A stretch of 64,000 nt of DNA from Chitinophagales bacterium (GCA_030832185.1 JAURJQ010000011.1:16339-80338), one strand, 5' to 3'; numbered from the stretch's first letter, positions 8,780 to 19,314 are shown. Made by a program: numbers and translations. The notes: generated by a model not told the origin, from the letters alone.

Positions 8780-10368
8780 AATATTCAGTTTATTTATTTG
8801 TTTTCATTGTTCCATTTAGTTTTCGAGCTCAATCGGATATGTTTTCGGAGAGATCCATACACAGTATTGGTATAAATTCGATAACTAAAGACTCTATTTA
8901 TGCCACTGATATAGCGTTTTCTTCCATTCTAGAAAATTTTGAATTAGATTCTATCAATAATGTCATGCTTTTATTTTGCCCTTTTCAAGGGTTCATGACT
9001 AATGGTAAGATTAAGGATGAAGTGGCTGCCTTTGATTTAAAGGATGAAAGTATTTTATGGAGTGGATTATATAGCAGGGAATATTCCAGTTTTAGTTTTA
9101 TGGACAATAAAATTTATCATTCCTTATCTGATATTGGCGGGTTATGGAATTCTCGTACGAATAAGTTTATATGGAGTGTAAAGTCTCCTTTAGTTGTAAC
9201 ACGAGAATTATATGAGAAAAATATTGGGTGGGCACCAAATTTAAAGGATAATTATTATTACGATGCAGGTGTATCATTAGTAGACGGTTCAATTTTGTGG
9301 AAAAGCGAAGAGATTGAAACTAAACGCAATACTTTTTTTTATCCATTTGTAATTGATAGTCAATTTGTGTTTTTAAATAAACATATCAATGGGTTTAATG
9401 TATATAATGGAAATTTTTGGAATTATGATTATCGATTTAATTATTTCATGGACTTGAATTCATCAAGTACGAATTACGGATACAATTATGGATTAGTCGG
9501 TGCGCTTATTGGTGGGGCTTTAGAAAATGTCTTTAACATAAAAGAGAAAGATGCACTAGATAAGGTGATTCCGCATCATTCTAATTTTCTAAAAGTGGAC
9601 TCTGTATTTTATATAGCATCTATGGAGTTAATACACAAGATTTATAAAAATGGAAAGGAATTAGTTTCAAAGGAGCATATAAATGGAAGGAATGCGGGTA
9701 TATCTCATATTTTTAAAATGGGAAATGAATACTACTTTGTTAATAAAGGATTTTCCGAGCATTACGGAAAACGGAATTATTCTAATTGTTCTCCATTTTT
9801 TCTTGTTCGATTTAATGAACAGCTAGATTTTTTAGATAGTTTTGACTATAAACTAGACATGCAAGGAGACATTTTGGAAGAACTTGATCCATCCATTATT
9901 GATTATTTAATTGTAGATTCAATGATTCATTTGATTTTAGATAATGGTTTTATTGCCTTAGATAAGAATTTGAAAATTAAATCTTCAAAACATTACAAGA
10001 AAAAGATTAAATGGAAAGAAAGAGTTAAAGATGATTTCTATTATTATACTGATACAACAGTGTATAAAAAAGAAGCTTCAAAAAATAACCAAATATATAT
10101 TAAGTTAGCCGATAAGTCTATTGAAGAATATAATTTAAACGGCATTTTGATTGGCCAACTAAAAGAACGTTTAATTTATTATGCCATTTATAAAGATGAA
10201 TCCATACTAGTTGTTGACAAAGTTGATAAATCTTTGATATTAGACTCCAACAACAAGTTGATTGTAGGATTACCTAGTGTGAAAAAAGTACTGAAAATCG
10301 ATAATAAATATTATATTGGAATGGCTGCAGGCTTTTACATTATTGAAGCAAATCAGCTCGTCAAGTAA
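8776..10368 (+). CDS. Hypothetical secreted protein, possibly beta-propeller-like
   Basis: ATGA overlap with lipB and a signal-peptide-like start MKYSVYLFVFIVPFSFRAQ. There are recurrent x-I-L/I-W-S/K motifs (ESILWSGLY, KFIWSVKS, GSILWKSEE). I recognise no family. Confidence 0.6.
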   Translation: MKYSVYLFVFIVPFSFRAQSDMFSERSIHSIGINSITKDSIYATDIAFSSILENFELDSINNVMLLFCPFQGFMTNGKIKDEVAAFDLKDESILWSGLYSREYSSFSFMDNKIYHSLSDIGGLWNSRTNKFIWSVKSPLVVTRELYEKNIGWAPNLKDNYYYDAGVSLVDGSILWKSEEIETKRNTFFYPFVIDSQFVFLNKHINGFNVYNGNFWNYDYRFNYFMDLNSSSTNYGYNYGLVGALIGGALENVFNIKEKDALDKVIPHHSNFLKVDSVFYIASMELIHKIYKNGKELVSKEHINGRNAGISHIFKMGNEYYFVNKGFSEHYGKRNYSNCSPFFLVRFNEQLDFLDSFDYKLDMQGDILEELDPSIIDYLIVDSMIHLILDNGFIALDKNLKIKSSKHYKKKIKWKERVKDDFYYYTDTTVYKKEASKNNQIYIKLADKSIEEYNLNGILIGQLKERLIYYAIYKDESILVVDKVDKSLILDSNNKLIVGLPSVKKVLKIDNKYYIGMAAGFYIIEANQLVK

Positions 10369-11143
10369 ATCCTATCATAATCACACCTATTAGTATTTGA
10401 AGTTTAATCGTTAGACTAGCCTTCTTCCATTGTTCTTTTAAGATAAAACACCATTGAGATAGATGTAGTAATGCAAATAGGGTGAAAACATAGTCATATG
10501 ATTTCATATACTCATAGGCCAAAAAGGTCAAGGCAATTCCTAATCCAAAAAGAATAATTTTAAATACAACTGGATCACATTTTATAGCTAAAGTTTTATA
10601 GCCACAAGCTTTATCTGCTGTTTCATCTTCCTTGTCTTTGACTATTTCTCGCAGCAGAGTTGCGGTAAATATTAAACTGGAAAGCAATAGACTTGGATTA
10701 TCATTCCCTAAATTGAATACATGGAGCGATGCCATACATAATAGCGCTATAATGAGATTGCCAATCAGCAAAGTCTTCTTAAAATAAAGATTGTAAAACT
10801 TTAAGCCACTCCATGCTAACATGGTGAGTAAAATAGCCTGAACACTTATTAGTATACTCATGCTAAGACTGACTATAAGACAAATTCTTTCTAAATAAAT
10901 TCCTCGGGAATGGCTGCTGAGCCAGTGAATTAGTTTGTTTTCTTTTTTCTTTTTAAAAGTAGTATCTAACTCTATATCTTGAATATCATTATCTATATTT
11001 CCCCAGAGTATCCATAGACTGGTCAAAAAAATTAGCATTATATTTTTAAGTGTCATACTATTGTGTCTAGCCAATACTAGATACTGAGCCAATGCAACCA
11101 TGAGTACATTGTGGATTCTTATAGCTCTGAAAAAGTCTAGCAC
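10361..11143 (-). CDS. UbiA-family prenyltransferase
   Basis: Polytopic membrane protein with NDIQDIELD (NDxxDxxxD) and a second Asp-rich motif DKEDETADKACGYKTLAI. Confidence 0.75.
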   Translation of the reverse strand: MLDFFRAIRIHNVLMVALAQYLVLARHNSMTLKNIMLIFLTSLWILWGNIDNDIQDIELDTTFKKKKENKLIHWLSSHSRGIYLERICLIVSLSMSILISVQAILLTMLAWSGLKFYNLYFKKTLLIGNLIIALLCMASLHVFNLGNDNPSLLLSSLIFTATLLREIVKDKEDETADKACGYKTLAIKCDPVVFKIILFGLGIALTFLAYEYMKSYDYVFTLFALLHLSQWCFILKEQWKKASLTIKLQILIGVIMIGFT

Positions 11144-11913
11144 TAATTAGATTTATAGTATTCTAATATGCTATTGGAGATATCTTGATAAATATCTTTC
11201 AGCTGAGGATATTGTTTGAGGAGTTCGATGTGTGAATTTATAGTTTCTTGGTCGCTTCTCACCGCTGGTCCAGTCTGCATTTCACTTGGATTTCCTAGCA
11301 GAAGTTTGTCTACGGTGTTTTGAATTAATGGTTGTAAAATATTGAAATCTATGTTCTCCTTTTTAAGATAATCGTGGGTCAAGGTATAGATATAATTCGT
11401 GAAATTATTGACAAATACACCTGCTACATTTAGTTTTTGTCTATCAGTTTCATTCATCAATATCACTTGCTGTGAAATACTTCGAGAAAAATCTACTAGC
11501 ATTTCCTGCGCAGTTTCACTATTCGCTTCTATGACAAGGGGTATTTTTTTGAAATTGATAGGAATATTTCTTGTAAAGGACTGAATAGGGTAGAAGACAC
11601 CATAATTTTCACTACATTCATTTAGTAAGTTCATACTTCGGTTTCCCGATGTGTGCACCACTAGCTTATCTCCCAGTCTCAGTTTAGCCGCGACTTCTTC
11701 TATGGCGATGTCCTTCACGCAAATAATGTAAATATCCCCATCTTGGCTTATACTATTGAGTGTCCCCGTTATATTACTATTAGAGGTCGACGAAATATTG
11801 CTAAGTGTTCTATTGTATATTTGTATTAATTTGTTGCCAGATGATGTTACACTGCGCACTAAATGATAAGCTACGTTCCCTGCTCCAATGATAACTACCC
11901 TATACGATTTCAT
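11143..11913 (-). CDS. Rossmann-fold plus DUF2520-like protein (ProC/F420-oxidoreductase-like)
   Basis: VVIIGAGNVAYHL dinucleotide-binding start. The 256 aa size matches the Bacteroidota Rossmann-like/DUF2520 proteins. Confidence 0.6.
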   Translation of the reverse strand: MKSYRVVIIGAGNVAYHLVRSVTSSGNKLIQIYNRTLSNISSTSNSNITGTLNSISQDGDIYIICVKDIAIEEVAAKLRLGDKLVVHTSGNRSMNLLNECSENYGVFYPIQSFTRNIPINFKKIPLVIEANSETAQEMLVDFSRSISQQVILMNETDRQKLNVAGVFVNNFTNYIYTLTHDYLKKENIDFNILQPLIQNTVDKLLLGNPSEMQTGPAVRSDQETINSHIELLKQYPQLKDIYQDISNSILEYYKSN

Positions 11914-12022
11914 AATTGTAATTTATATAAGATAAAAATACGAGTAATAAAATCATATTAAAGAAAAAATTTAGTTGTAGGGTAATTGAATCAACAAGGT
12001 TTGCTATGTGGAAAAATGCCGG

Positions 12023-12030
12023 TATTTTTG
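12023..12030 (+). promoter_or_regulatory. -7 box TATTTTTG for the serine hydrolase gene
   Basis: TAnnTTTG match 27 nt upstream of the ATG at 12057. A second match, TAATTTTG, is at 12043-12050. Confidence 0.4.
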
Positions 12031-12056
12031 TTGAAAAACGCTTAATTTTGCATCTT

Positions 12057-13280
12057 ATGTTTCGCAGGGTATTGTTTCTTATTTTGATTATTGGTTTTGG
12101 AATAGCCACAACCAGTTTCCATAGTTTTGGAACTAAAGGAAAGAAGTCTAGCTTTTCAAAAAAGTACTGGATAGCCCAAAAATTGGAAGAAAATCGCCTT
12201 CGCAATTCTAAAAATCTGGTTGTAGATCAAGTTTATAAAGAGTTTAAAATAGATAGTATATTTAGAAATTTATCTAGTAATAATAGATTTAATGGCTGTG
12301 TATTGGTGGCTCAGCATGGACAAATTCTTTATAAAAATTCATTCGGTATAGCGAACCCTATCCTAAATGAGCCGCTTAATACCAACTCCGTATTCCAACT
12401 CGCATCTGTTTCTAAAACAATAACGGGCGTTGCCGTTCTCCAATTGATAGAAGATGAAAAACTTGGATTAGATGATTTTGTGAGTCTTTATTTTCCTTCA
12501 TTCCCCTATACTGCTGTGACGATTCGTCATCTGTTGAGCCATACGAGCGGTATACCTGATTATATCAAGTTAGGTAATGCATACTACAAAGCTAGAAATG
12601 GCTATATCACTAACGAAGACGCTATGAATGCTCTAATTGCAGCCAATCTATCCCCTTCATTTTTTCCAGGATCTCGATTTAGATACAATAACTCCAATTA
12701 TGCCATTTTAGCTTTATTGGTAGAGAAAATTACGGGAACGTCTTTTCCGAAATATGTTAAAACGAATATTTTTGATGTCTTGGGTATGACGAATTCTTTT
12801 GTAGCGCATCCTGAAAAAATATGGGAGATGAGCAATCGTACATTTGGTTTTTCAGGTAGAAACATGGCTAGTAATGATATGTTTGATGGTGTATTTGGTG
12901 ACAAAGGTGCCTATAGCACAGTAGAAGATATGTATAAATTTGATAGAGCTTTATATCCCGGTATTTTATTAAATGAAGAGACGTTAAAGCTAGCTTTTAC
13001 GAATAATGTATTTGATGCTAGGTCTTCGAAAAAGTATGGACTCGGATTTAGACTCAGAGAAGATCAGAATAATCAAAAAATTATTTACCATAATGGTTGG
13101 TGGCATGGCTATAGAACAGCTTTTCACAGAAGAGAATCAGATAATAGTTGTGTGATTATATTATCTAATAGATTAGACAAATGTGTCTATGCCCAAGCCA
13201 AACACTTGTTTAATATTTTAGATAATAATTATCAAGGTGAAATGCTAGAAGGGGATCATGATGAGCCTAATGATGAGTAG
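12057..13280 (+). CDS. Serine hydrolase / beta-lactamase-family protein
   Basis: The start MFRRVLFLILIIGFG is signal/anchor-like. It has the SxxK motif ASVSKT and a YNNSNY (YxN) motif. The ORF-track start at 12006 lies upstream of the promoter box. Confidence 0.8.
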   Translation: MFRRVLFLILIIGFGIATTSFHSFGTKGKKSSFSKKYWIAQKLEENRLRNSKNLVVDQVYKEFKIDSIFRNLSSNNRFNGCVLVAQHGQILYKNSFGIANPILNEPLNTNSVFQLASVSKTITGVAVLQLIEDEKLGLDDFVSLYFPSFPYTAVTIRHLLSHTSGIPDYIKLGNAYYKARNGYITNEDAMNALIAANLSPSFFPGSRFRYNNSNYAILALLVEKITGTSFPKYVKTNIFDVLGMTNSFVAHPEKIWEMSNRTFGFSGRNMASNDMFDGVFGDKGAYSTVEDMYKFDRALYPGILLNEETLKLAFTNNVFDARSSKKYGLGFRLREDQNNQKIIYHNGWWHGYRTAFHRRESDNSCVIILSNRLDKCVYAQAKHLFNILDNNYQGEMLEGDHDEPNDE

Positions 13281-13283
13281 ATT

Positions 13284-14849
13284 CTATGAACTGCAACTCA
13301 GCATCGAGCATCCTATTTTAGTCCTCGCCCATTCGGGCCGTTTAGCAAACCATTTTTCATATTCTGGCTGATCGTCATAAGGTTTTTTTAGCATTGTATA
13401 CAGTTCTTCTATGAGACTGTAGTCTTCTTTTTCAGCAGCATCTATAGCAAGTTGAGCCATATAGTTTCTCAGTATGTACTTAGGGTTGAGATTGTTCATT
13501 TTAGTTTTGCGCTCAAGATCTGAGTTGGCATCTGCGTTAATACAATTTAAATAACGGTCTATCCAATTCTGCCATTTTATTTTTATTTCTTCACTCATTA
13601 CCTCCAGATTATAAAAAGCAGAGGAGATAAGTTGAAAAACGTCTGTATTTATCATCGTTTTTTCCGCATGAGCTATGAGCCTGTAGAAGATAGTCATATC
13701 GGTCTCTACCTCAGCTAATAGCTTTGTGAGTTCTAGCGCCAATTTTTTATGATCGTTTTCGCTAGTATTGAGACCTAATTTTCTGGCAAGCATCGCAGAG
13801 TATTGGTCTTCCCATGTGCTTTGAAAATTTTCAAGCACTTCTTCCAGCGCTGGGACATCTTCAATTAATGGGTAAAGTGCATTGGCTAGTTGGACTAGAT
13901 TCCATAGCGCAATGTTACCTTGATTTCCATATCGATATCGTTTGCCTTGCGCATCGGTGGTATTTGGCGTCCAGTTAGGATCATAGTCTTCTACCCACCC
14001 ATAGGGTCCATAATCTATGGTGAGGCCTAATATAGACATATTATCTGTGTTCATGACCCCATGCACGAAACCTACTCGCTGCCAATTTAGTGTCAACTCA
14101 ATAGTTCGCTGACAGACCTCTTTGAAAAAATCTAAGTATTTAGTGTTATCATGTGAGGTGATATGCGGATAAAAATACTGGATCGTATAGTCCGTCAGTA
14201 GTTTCAAATTATTTATATCTTTTCTACTTGCAAAGATCTCAAAATTGCCAAATCGAATAAAACTAGGTGCTAGGCGGCAAACGATAGCTCCTTTCTCCAT
14301 AGTGGGATGACCATCATACAATATATCGCGCAGAACTTCATCGCCTGTAGTGATTATAGACAATGCCCGTGTCGTAGGAATGCCAAGGTAATGCATAGAT
14401 TCACTGCATAAATATTCTCGAATAGAAGAGCGCAAAACGGCTAATCCATCTGAATTTCTAGAATAAGGAGTGGGCCCAGCGCCTTTTAGCTGAAAGCTAA
14501 ATCGGTGGCCATTATGTATATGTTCGAAAAGATTAATAGCCCTGCCATCTCCTAGCTGACCAGCCCAGTGCCCGAATTGGTGCCCCCCATAGCACATAGC
14601 ATATGGTTTAGATTCAGGATGTATTTCATTACCTGAAAGTAGCGAGAGCATCCAATCACTTTGCAAATCTTGTAATGTCCAGCCGCAGTCAGTGGCTAGT
14701 TCTTTAGCAAAATGCACCATTTTCGGAGAACTAGCTTTCCTTGGTATGACATAAGAATATCCTGCGCCTTCGACCTGTCTTGATTTATTTTCTAAAAGAC
14801 TATCTCCGGGAAGAGCTGAGGTAAAACTATTTTGAATATTAAAATTCAT
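13284..14849 (-). CDS. selO: Protein adenylyltransferase SelO/YdiU
   Basis: GHQFGHWAGQLGDGRAI and HGVMNTDNMSILGLTIDYGPYG motifs, plus a C-terminal ...MLSCSS tail with Cys at the selenoprotein-O Sec position. Confidence 0.9.
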   Translation of the reverse strand: MNFNIQNSFTSALPGDSLLENKSRQVEGAGYSYVIPRKASSPKMVHFAKELATDCGWTLQDLQSDWMLSLLSGNEIHPESKPYAMCYGGHQFGHWAGQLGDGRAINLFEHIHNGHRFSFQLKGAGPTPYSRNSDGLAVLRSSIREYLCSESMHYLGIPTTRALSIITTGDEVLRDILYDGHPTMEKGAIVCRLAPSFIRFGNFEIFASRKDINNLKLLTDYTIQYFYPHITSHDNTKYLDFFKEVCQRTIELTLNWQRVGFVHGVMNTDNMSILGLTIDYGPYGWVEDYDPNWTPNTTDAQGKRYRYGNQGNIALWNLVQLANALYPLIEDVPALEEVLENFQSTWEDQYSAMLARKLGLNTSENDHKKLALELTKLLAEVETDMTIFYRLIAHAEKTMINTDVFQLISSAFYNLEVMSEEIKIKWQNWIDRYLNCINADANSDLERKTKMNNLNPKYILRNYMAQLAIDAAEKEDYSLIEELYTMLKKPYDDQPEYEKWFAKRPEWARTKIGCSMLSCSS

Positions 14850-15773
14850 TTAAGGTATTTTATATTTTAAATCATTCTCAAATATGCGAAATGACCAAAG
14901 TGTTTCACCCCTTATATTGAGTGATTTGATATCGCAGCATCGATTAGATTCTTCTCCCGAAAAAGAAATTTCACCAAAATTGTAAGTATTGAACTTAGTT
15001 CCCTCTATTCGATTATAATTAGTGTTAAGATAATTAATTGGAAATGAAGTGAGTGGAGACATGGTGAAATCGTATAGTGGATATTCATTCGTTCGCTCTA
15101 CGCAACTGGCCTCAGTATAGTGAACATCCCCAGAGGTGAATAGGATTCCTTCTATTTTATTTTCAGATATGAAATTCATCAATTGAGAAAACTCAACGGG
15201 GTATTTTCTAAAATTTTCATATCCACCGTCGCAGAGCACTTGGACTCCTGATACGATGAACTTAAATTTAGCATCTGACTTTTTTAACTCTTCTAGAAGC
15301 CAGTTCATTTGTTTATCGCCTAAGATTTGGGAATCAGCTATCTTAAAATAGCGCACATCGAGCATGAAAAATTCAGCTTCTTTGTGTTTAAAGCTAAAGT
15401 AAATTCCTTCTGAATCATTTGCTTGTAATTGATTAGTCCACATTTCTTTGAATACTAATCTAGCAGTTTTTTTATTGAAAAATTCGGCACCTGCATTATT
15501 CGGACCATAGTCATGATCGTCCCATATAGCATACTGGGGTCGCGATTTCATAAAGCTCTCCAACTTTAGCTGGCTGCGCTGATTTGCATAGGCATTGATC
15601 ATAGCATCTTTAGAATTCCACTGCCGCGGCTTGAGCATATAGACATGATCGCCCATCCAGAGCATGAAGTCTGCGGGTCTAGATTCCATAGTCGAAAATA
15701 TCTGAAAGCTATAGAGATAAAATGGAAATGCTTTCATAGCGCATGATCCAAGCTGAAAAGACCAGTCAAACAT
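14850..15773 (-). CDS. PhoD-like metallophosphatase/phosphodiesterase without a signal peptide
   Basis: LWMGDHVYM, WDDHDYGPNN and SGDVHY metallophosphatase motifs. The protein begins directly in the core (FQLGSC). The upstream frame closes with TGA 11 codons before the ATG. Confidence 0.7.
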   Translation of the reverse strand: MFDWSFQLGSCAMKAFPFYLYSFQIFSTMESRPADFMLWMGDHVYMLKPRQWNSKDAMINAYANQRSQLKLESFMKSRPQYAIWDDHDYGPNNAGAEFFNKKTARLVFKEMWTNQLQANDSEGIYFSFKHKEAEFFMLDVRYFKIADSQILGDKQMNWLLEELKKSDAKFKFIVSGVQVLCDGGYENFRKYPVEFSQLMNFISENKIEGILFTSGDVHYTEASCVERTNEYPLYDFTMSPLTSFPINYLNTNYNRIEGTKFNTYNFGEISFSGEESNRCCDIKSLNIRGETLWSFRIFENDLKYKIP

Positions 15774-16042
15774 AAGTAGTGTGCATATTTTTACAAAGTT
15801 ATATCAAAACTAGTTAGGATTTATCGAAAAACATATTTTTTGAATCCTTCAAAAAGAAAGCTATAATGAATAACTATCAATTTAGATGCAGAAATTTCAT
15901 AGATACTAATAAAAATTTGGTCATTACAGTTGCACTCAAGTTTTTCTCGTCTCCTATTTCTAATTTTGATTTTTAGATCTTTATTATAATCTATATTGTT
16001 TTATCTATTCAGAATGTGAATGGTGTAAAGATTAAAAAAAAT

Positions 16043-18535
16043 CTAAAATTTAACCATGATTCTCCCATTAAATCTTCTCCCAGTAAGATAGTTAGGCACT
16101 GCAAATTGATTGCCGGAATAATCTTGAATCCAATTCATAGATACCTGATTGAAAAAATCTACAGCATTAAATACATCCAACGTAGCCCAGATATTTTTTA
16201 TCATAGATTTCGGCTTATTTTTTTTCTCTGAATCATAGATTCTGAGGGCAAAGCCGAGATCTAGTCTTTTATACGCTAAGAGGTTGAATTCATTTCTGTA
16301 AATTTCACTATTCGGTGGACCAAAGGGGAGTCCAGAGGCCAGTGTTAATGAAAGATTTACTTTAAAACTAGGCATCTGTGGTATATAGTCTTGAAAAAAG
16401 ATATTGACCATGAGAAATTGATTATTTGGTCGCTGAATATAGCCCTGCGGTTCTAGAAAGGAATCTCGTATTGTGCCTTGCGCATAGCGTTTGTCATAAA
16501 CTTCTCTTCCTGTGCTGTCTTTATATTTCATGAACACATTGCTGCCGTTAAATTCCTTGGTATCTAGAAACCCAATATTTATCCAGCTTTCGGCATCTTT
16601 TACAAATTCTCCTTGCAGTCTAAAGTCTAGTCCACGAGCATAAGCTATGACATTATTTTTGGCAGCATAGCGTATGAGCACATTGTTGTATTGATAGGTG
16701 TTTACATCCCATAGATGCTTGTAGTAAGCTTCTGTAGTGAATTTAAATGGTCTTTTCACTATGTTTAGTATCATATCCAATCCGGCTATATAGTGGAGAG
16801 ACTTCTGTGATTTGATATTGGAGATTAATCGACCTTGTTCATCGATCATCTCTCGAATAAATGGCGACTGATTGTAGGAGCCTCCTGCGGCATAGAATGT
16901 GGTTTTGGAATTAGGCTTGTAGAGAATCTGTAGACGTGGACTTAAGAAAAATTCTTTATTGATACTCCAGTAATTACCGCGCAATCCCCCGAGGAAACTA
17001 ATCGTTTTCTTATCCGATAGATTAATGGTAAATTGGTCTTGGAGATAAAACTCAAAACGCTGACCTGAGAATTGATACTCTGCTCGTATAGGATTGAGAA
17101 GATTGATTTGACTGCCTGCAGATGGAATATTATATCCAGAACTATCTAGTCTATCCCATGAACTCAGTCGCATTTGAAATTCTTCATTCTTGGCTTTGAT
17201 ACCTATCTTTATATGATGCTTACCCAATAGCGCTGCTGCACTCAGATGGGCGTGTGCCAGATTGGCTTGATAACTCTCTCTTCCCCAGTTCTGAAATATT
17301 CCGCTGCCAAATACATTTTTAAATCCTTGATAATTGGAAGAGTTGACATCGGTTTCTATTTCGCCGATAGCGTATTGGCCAGTGATATCAAAATACTGTC
17401 TTTCGTCAATATGGTAATAGGCGCCAGCTAGCTTGATTTTTAAATTTGCACTAGGTTTGAAGGTAATAGAATTGGCCTGCATCCAATTCTGATAGCGGTC
17501 TATCTCCTGTCCCGAATAGGCTACACGGTAGGTAAGTGCGAAATTCGCTAGACCGAAATTGGTCTCTCGATCACTAGGTACTATGCTGAATTTATTGAAT
17601 GAATAGACCGATAAGGATTCAAAATCAAATTTAGTAGATGGCTGAAAGTGAATATTGCTCTGAATGTCCAAAAACTCTGGGGTATACTGTCCTTTGGTCT
17701 CTTGACTGCCGAGTAGGTAGGCATTATTTCTATATCGCACCCCAGTGATGATATTGAGCTTCTGCTGAAAGAGAGAGCCCTCTATATGTCCGCTAGCGCC
17801 TAGCAGTCCCGCTTCTAAAGAGCCTGCCCATTGTTTAGGTTTTTTATACTGAATATCTAGTACCGAACTCAGCTTATCTCCATATTCTGCAGAGAAGCCC
17901 CCCGAAGAGAATTTCATATTTTGAATCAACTGACTATTAGTGAAGCTGAGGCCCTCTTGCTGTGCATTGCGAATGAGCAGCGGCCGATATACTTCGAAGT
18001 CATTGACATAGATGAGGTTCTCATCAAAACTACCACCACGTACCGAAAACTGGCTACCTAGCTCATTGTTCCCACCTACGCCCATACCTTGAAATTTAAG
18101 GGTATTCTCTACATTACCCGAAGGATTGGTCTGCTCCGTATTGACTTCAATTTCTGTCACGAGCTCATCTTTGCTCTTCTCCTTGTTGCGCTTGGAGGTG
18201 ATTTTAGTTTCTTTTAGTTTGATTAAGAAGCTCGTCAGTTCGAAATTGATGGTGCGAGTTTCATTGGGTTTGAGGCTCACCTTTTTTTCTAAAAACTTGT
18301 ATCCTTCTAGCGATATGTAGATGGTTTCATTTTTGTATTCTATTATACTGATTTCAAATTTTCCGCTGGAATCTGTTCTTGTTTTGGTTATATCATCATT
18401 GCCAAGTGAAATAGTAGCTCCAGCCAAGGGGCGGCGGGTCTTAGCATCTATGACTCGGCCTTGGACTGCAGCTATCTGACCTGCTAGTGCTGCACTGCAT
18501 ATTAGGAAGAGAAAAAGGAGTAAATATTTATGCAC
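16043..18535 (-). CDS. TonB-dependent receptor with N-terminal carboxypeptidase-regulatory-like domain
   Basis: Signal peptide, GRVIDAKTRRPLAGATI CarbopepD_reg-like start, plug-like region, and a long barrel ending in ...GRIMVKF (aromatic C-terminus). Confidence 0.85.
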   Translation of the reverse strand: MHKYLLLFLFLICSAALAGQIAAVQGRVIDAKTRRPLAGATISLGNDDITKTRTDSSGKFEISIIEYKNETIYISLEGYKFLEKKVSLKPNETRTINFELTSFLIKLKETKITSKRNKEKSKDELVTEIEVNTEQTNPSGNVENTLKFQGMGVGGNNELGSQFSVRGGSFDENLIYVNDFEVYRPLLIRNAQQEGLSFTNSQLIQNMKFSSGGFSAEYGDKLSSVLDIQYKKPKQWAGSLEAGLLGASGHIEGSLFQQKLNIITGVRYRNNAYLLGSQETKGQYTPEFLDIQSNIHFQPSTKFDFESLSVYSFNKFSIVPSDRETNFGLANFALTYRVAYSGQEIDRYQNWMQANSITFKPSANLKIKLAGAYYHIDERQYFDITGQYAIGEIETDVNSSNYQGFKNVFGSGIFQNWGRESYQANLAHAHLSAAALLGKHHIKIGIKAKNEEFQMRLSSWDRLDSSGYNIPSAGSQINLLNPIRAEYQFSGQRFEFYLQDQFTINLSDKKTISFLGGLRGNYWSINKEFFLSPRLQILYKPNSKTTFYAAGGSYNQSPFIREMIDEQGRLISNIKSQKSLHYIAGLDMILNIVKRPFKFTTEAYYKHLWDVNTYQYNNVLIRYAAKNNVIAYARGLDFRLQGEFVKDAESWINIGFLDTKEFNGSNVFMKYKDSTGREVYDKRYAQGTIRDSFLEPQGYIQRPNNQFLMVNIFFQDYIPQMPSFKVNLSLTLASGLPFGPPNSEIYRNEFNLLAYKRLDLGFALRIYDSEKKNKPKSMIKNIWATLDVFNAVDFFNQVSMNWIQDYSGNQFAVPNYLTGRRFNGRIMVKF

Positions 18536-18703
18536 GCTTAGCTAACGAGATTTTTTAGGATTAATTTTATCATTAAGGCATAAAAATAGGGTATTAAAGG
18601 GAAAGTATAAAGGTGAAAGTTTAGGTTTTTCCGAATGGCGATAATGAGAGAAAGCCTTTAACGATTAATTGGGCGCATTTTCTGTGGCGGTAAGTTGAAA
18701 TAT

Positions 18704-19225
18704 TTATTCAAATCCTAATTCCTCTAATTTTTCAATCATGAAATCATAGTTTTGGATGGCATGAACTTCATTTAGCCAGCTTGTAGTATTACAATCTGAT
18801 AACAAGTTTTTAGCTATTTTAGGATCTATGACTTCATCGTGGCTGCTGAGGAAGAGCCATTTGTTTTTATTCTGAAATGGGCTCGGTCTATAATTTTTAA
18901 GAAATTCCTCTTGGACGCCATATTTACTAATCGTCTCCGCTGGATAAAGTGATGGATTGATTAATATAGCGGAGTATACAGGATATTGCTCCACAAAACA
19001 ATTCGCCCAATAACCACCTAAACTATTCCCAATCACTATGACCTTTTCATAATCCATGGATTTAATATAAAGCGCATCTAAAATAGAATAATTTGATTTA
19101 GGATCGATTTGATCATAAACAGGGGCATAGACCTCATTTTTTTCAAACCTCTCTCTGAGCGCTATTAAGCCTTTGGAATGTTCGCCTCCTCCCCAGCCAT
19201 AGAAGTAAATAATTAGTTTAGACAT
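18704..19225 (-). CDS. YqiA/UPF0227-like alpha/beta esterase
   Basis: IIYFYGWGG start, nucleophile elbow GNSLGG, 173 aa. Confidence 0.6.
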   Translation of the reverse strand: MSKLIIYFYGWGGGEHSKGLIALRERFEKNEVYAPVYDQIDPKSNYSILDALYIKSMDYEKVIVIGNSLGGYWANCFVEQYPVYSAILINPSLYPAETISKYGVQEEFLKNYRPSPFQNKNKWLFLSSHDEVIDPKIAKNLLSDCNTTSWLNEVHAIQNYDFMIEKLEELGFE

Positions 19226-19314
19226 GGTTTTTTTATAAGCTATAAAGCTAAGCCAATTATACTTTGTATCGAATGTAATTTCTTATTTGATAGCCTCTTG
19301 AATTTTCTTCCTAC

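Noticed and set aside
11900-12205. 101-aa ORF on the minus strand spanning the divergent spacer. Similar cases are 16016..16231, 19815..20024, 4742..5130, 3968..4222 and 6186..6410.
   Set aside because: They overlap promoters or the ends of better-supported genes, have no motifs, and have hydrophobic/AT-driven composition. They are treated as non-coding.
15866-15976. 36-codon ATG ORF (MNNYQFRCRNFIDTNKNLVITVALKFFSSPISNFDF) in the 269-bp spacer between the PhoD-like gene and the receptor gene
   Set aside because: It has no promoter box, no recognisable features and an AT-rich context in which such ORFs arise by chance. I kept it only as a note.
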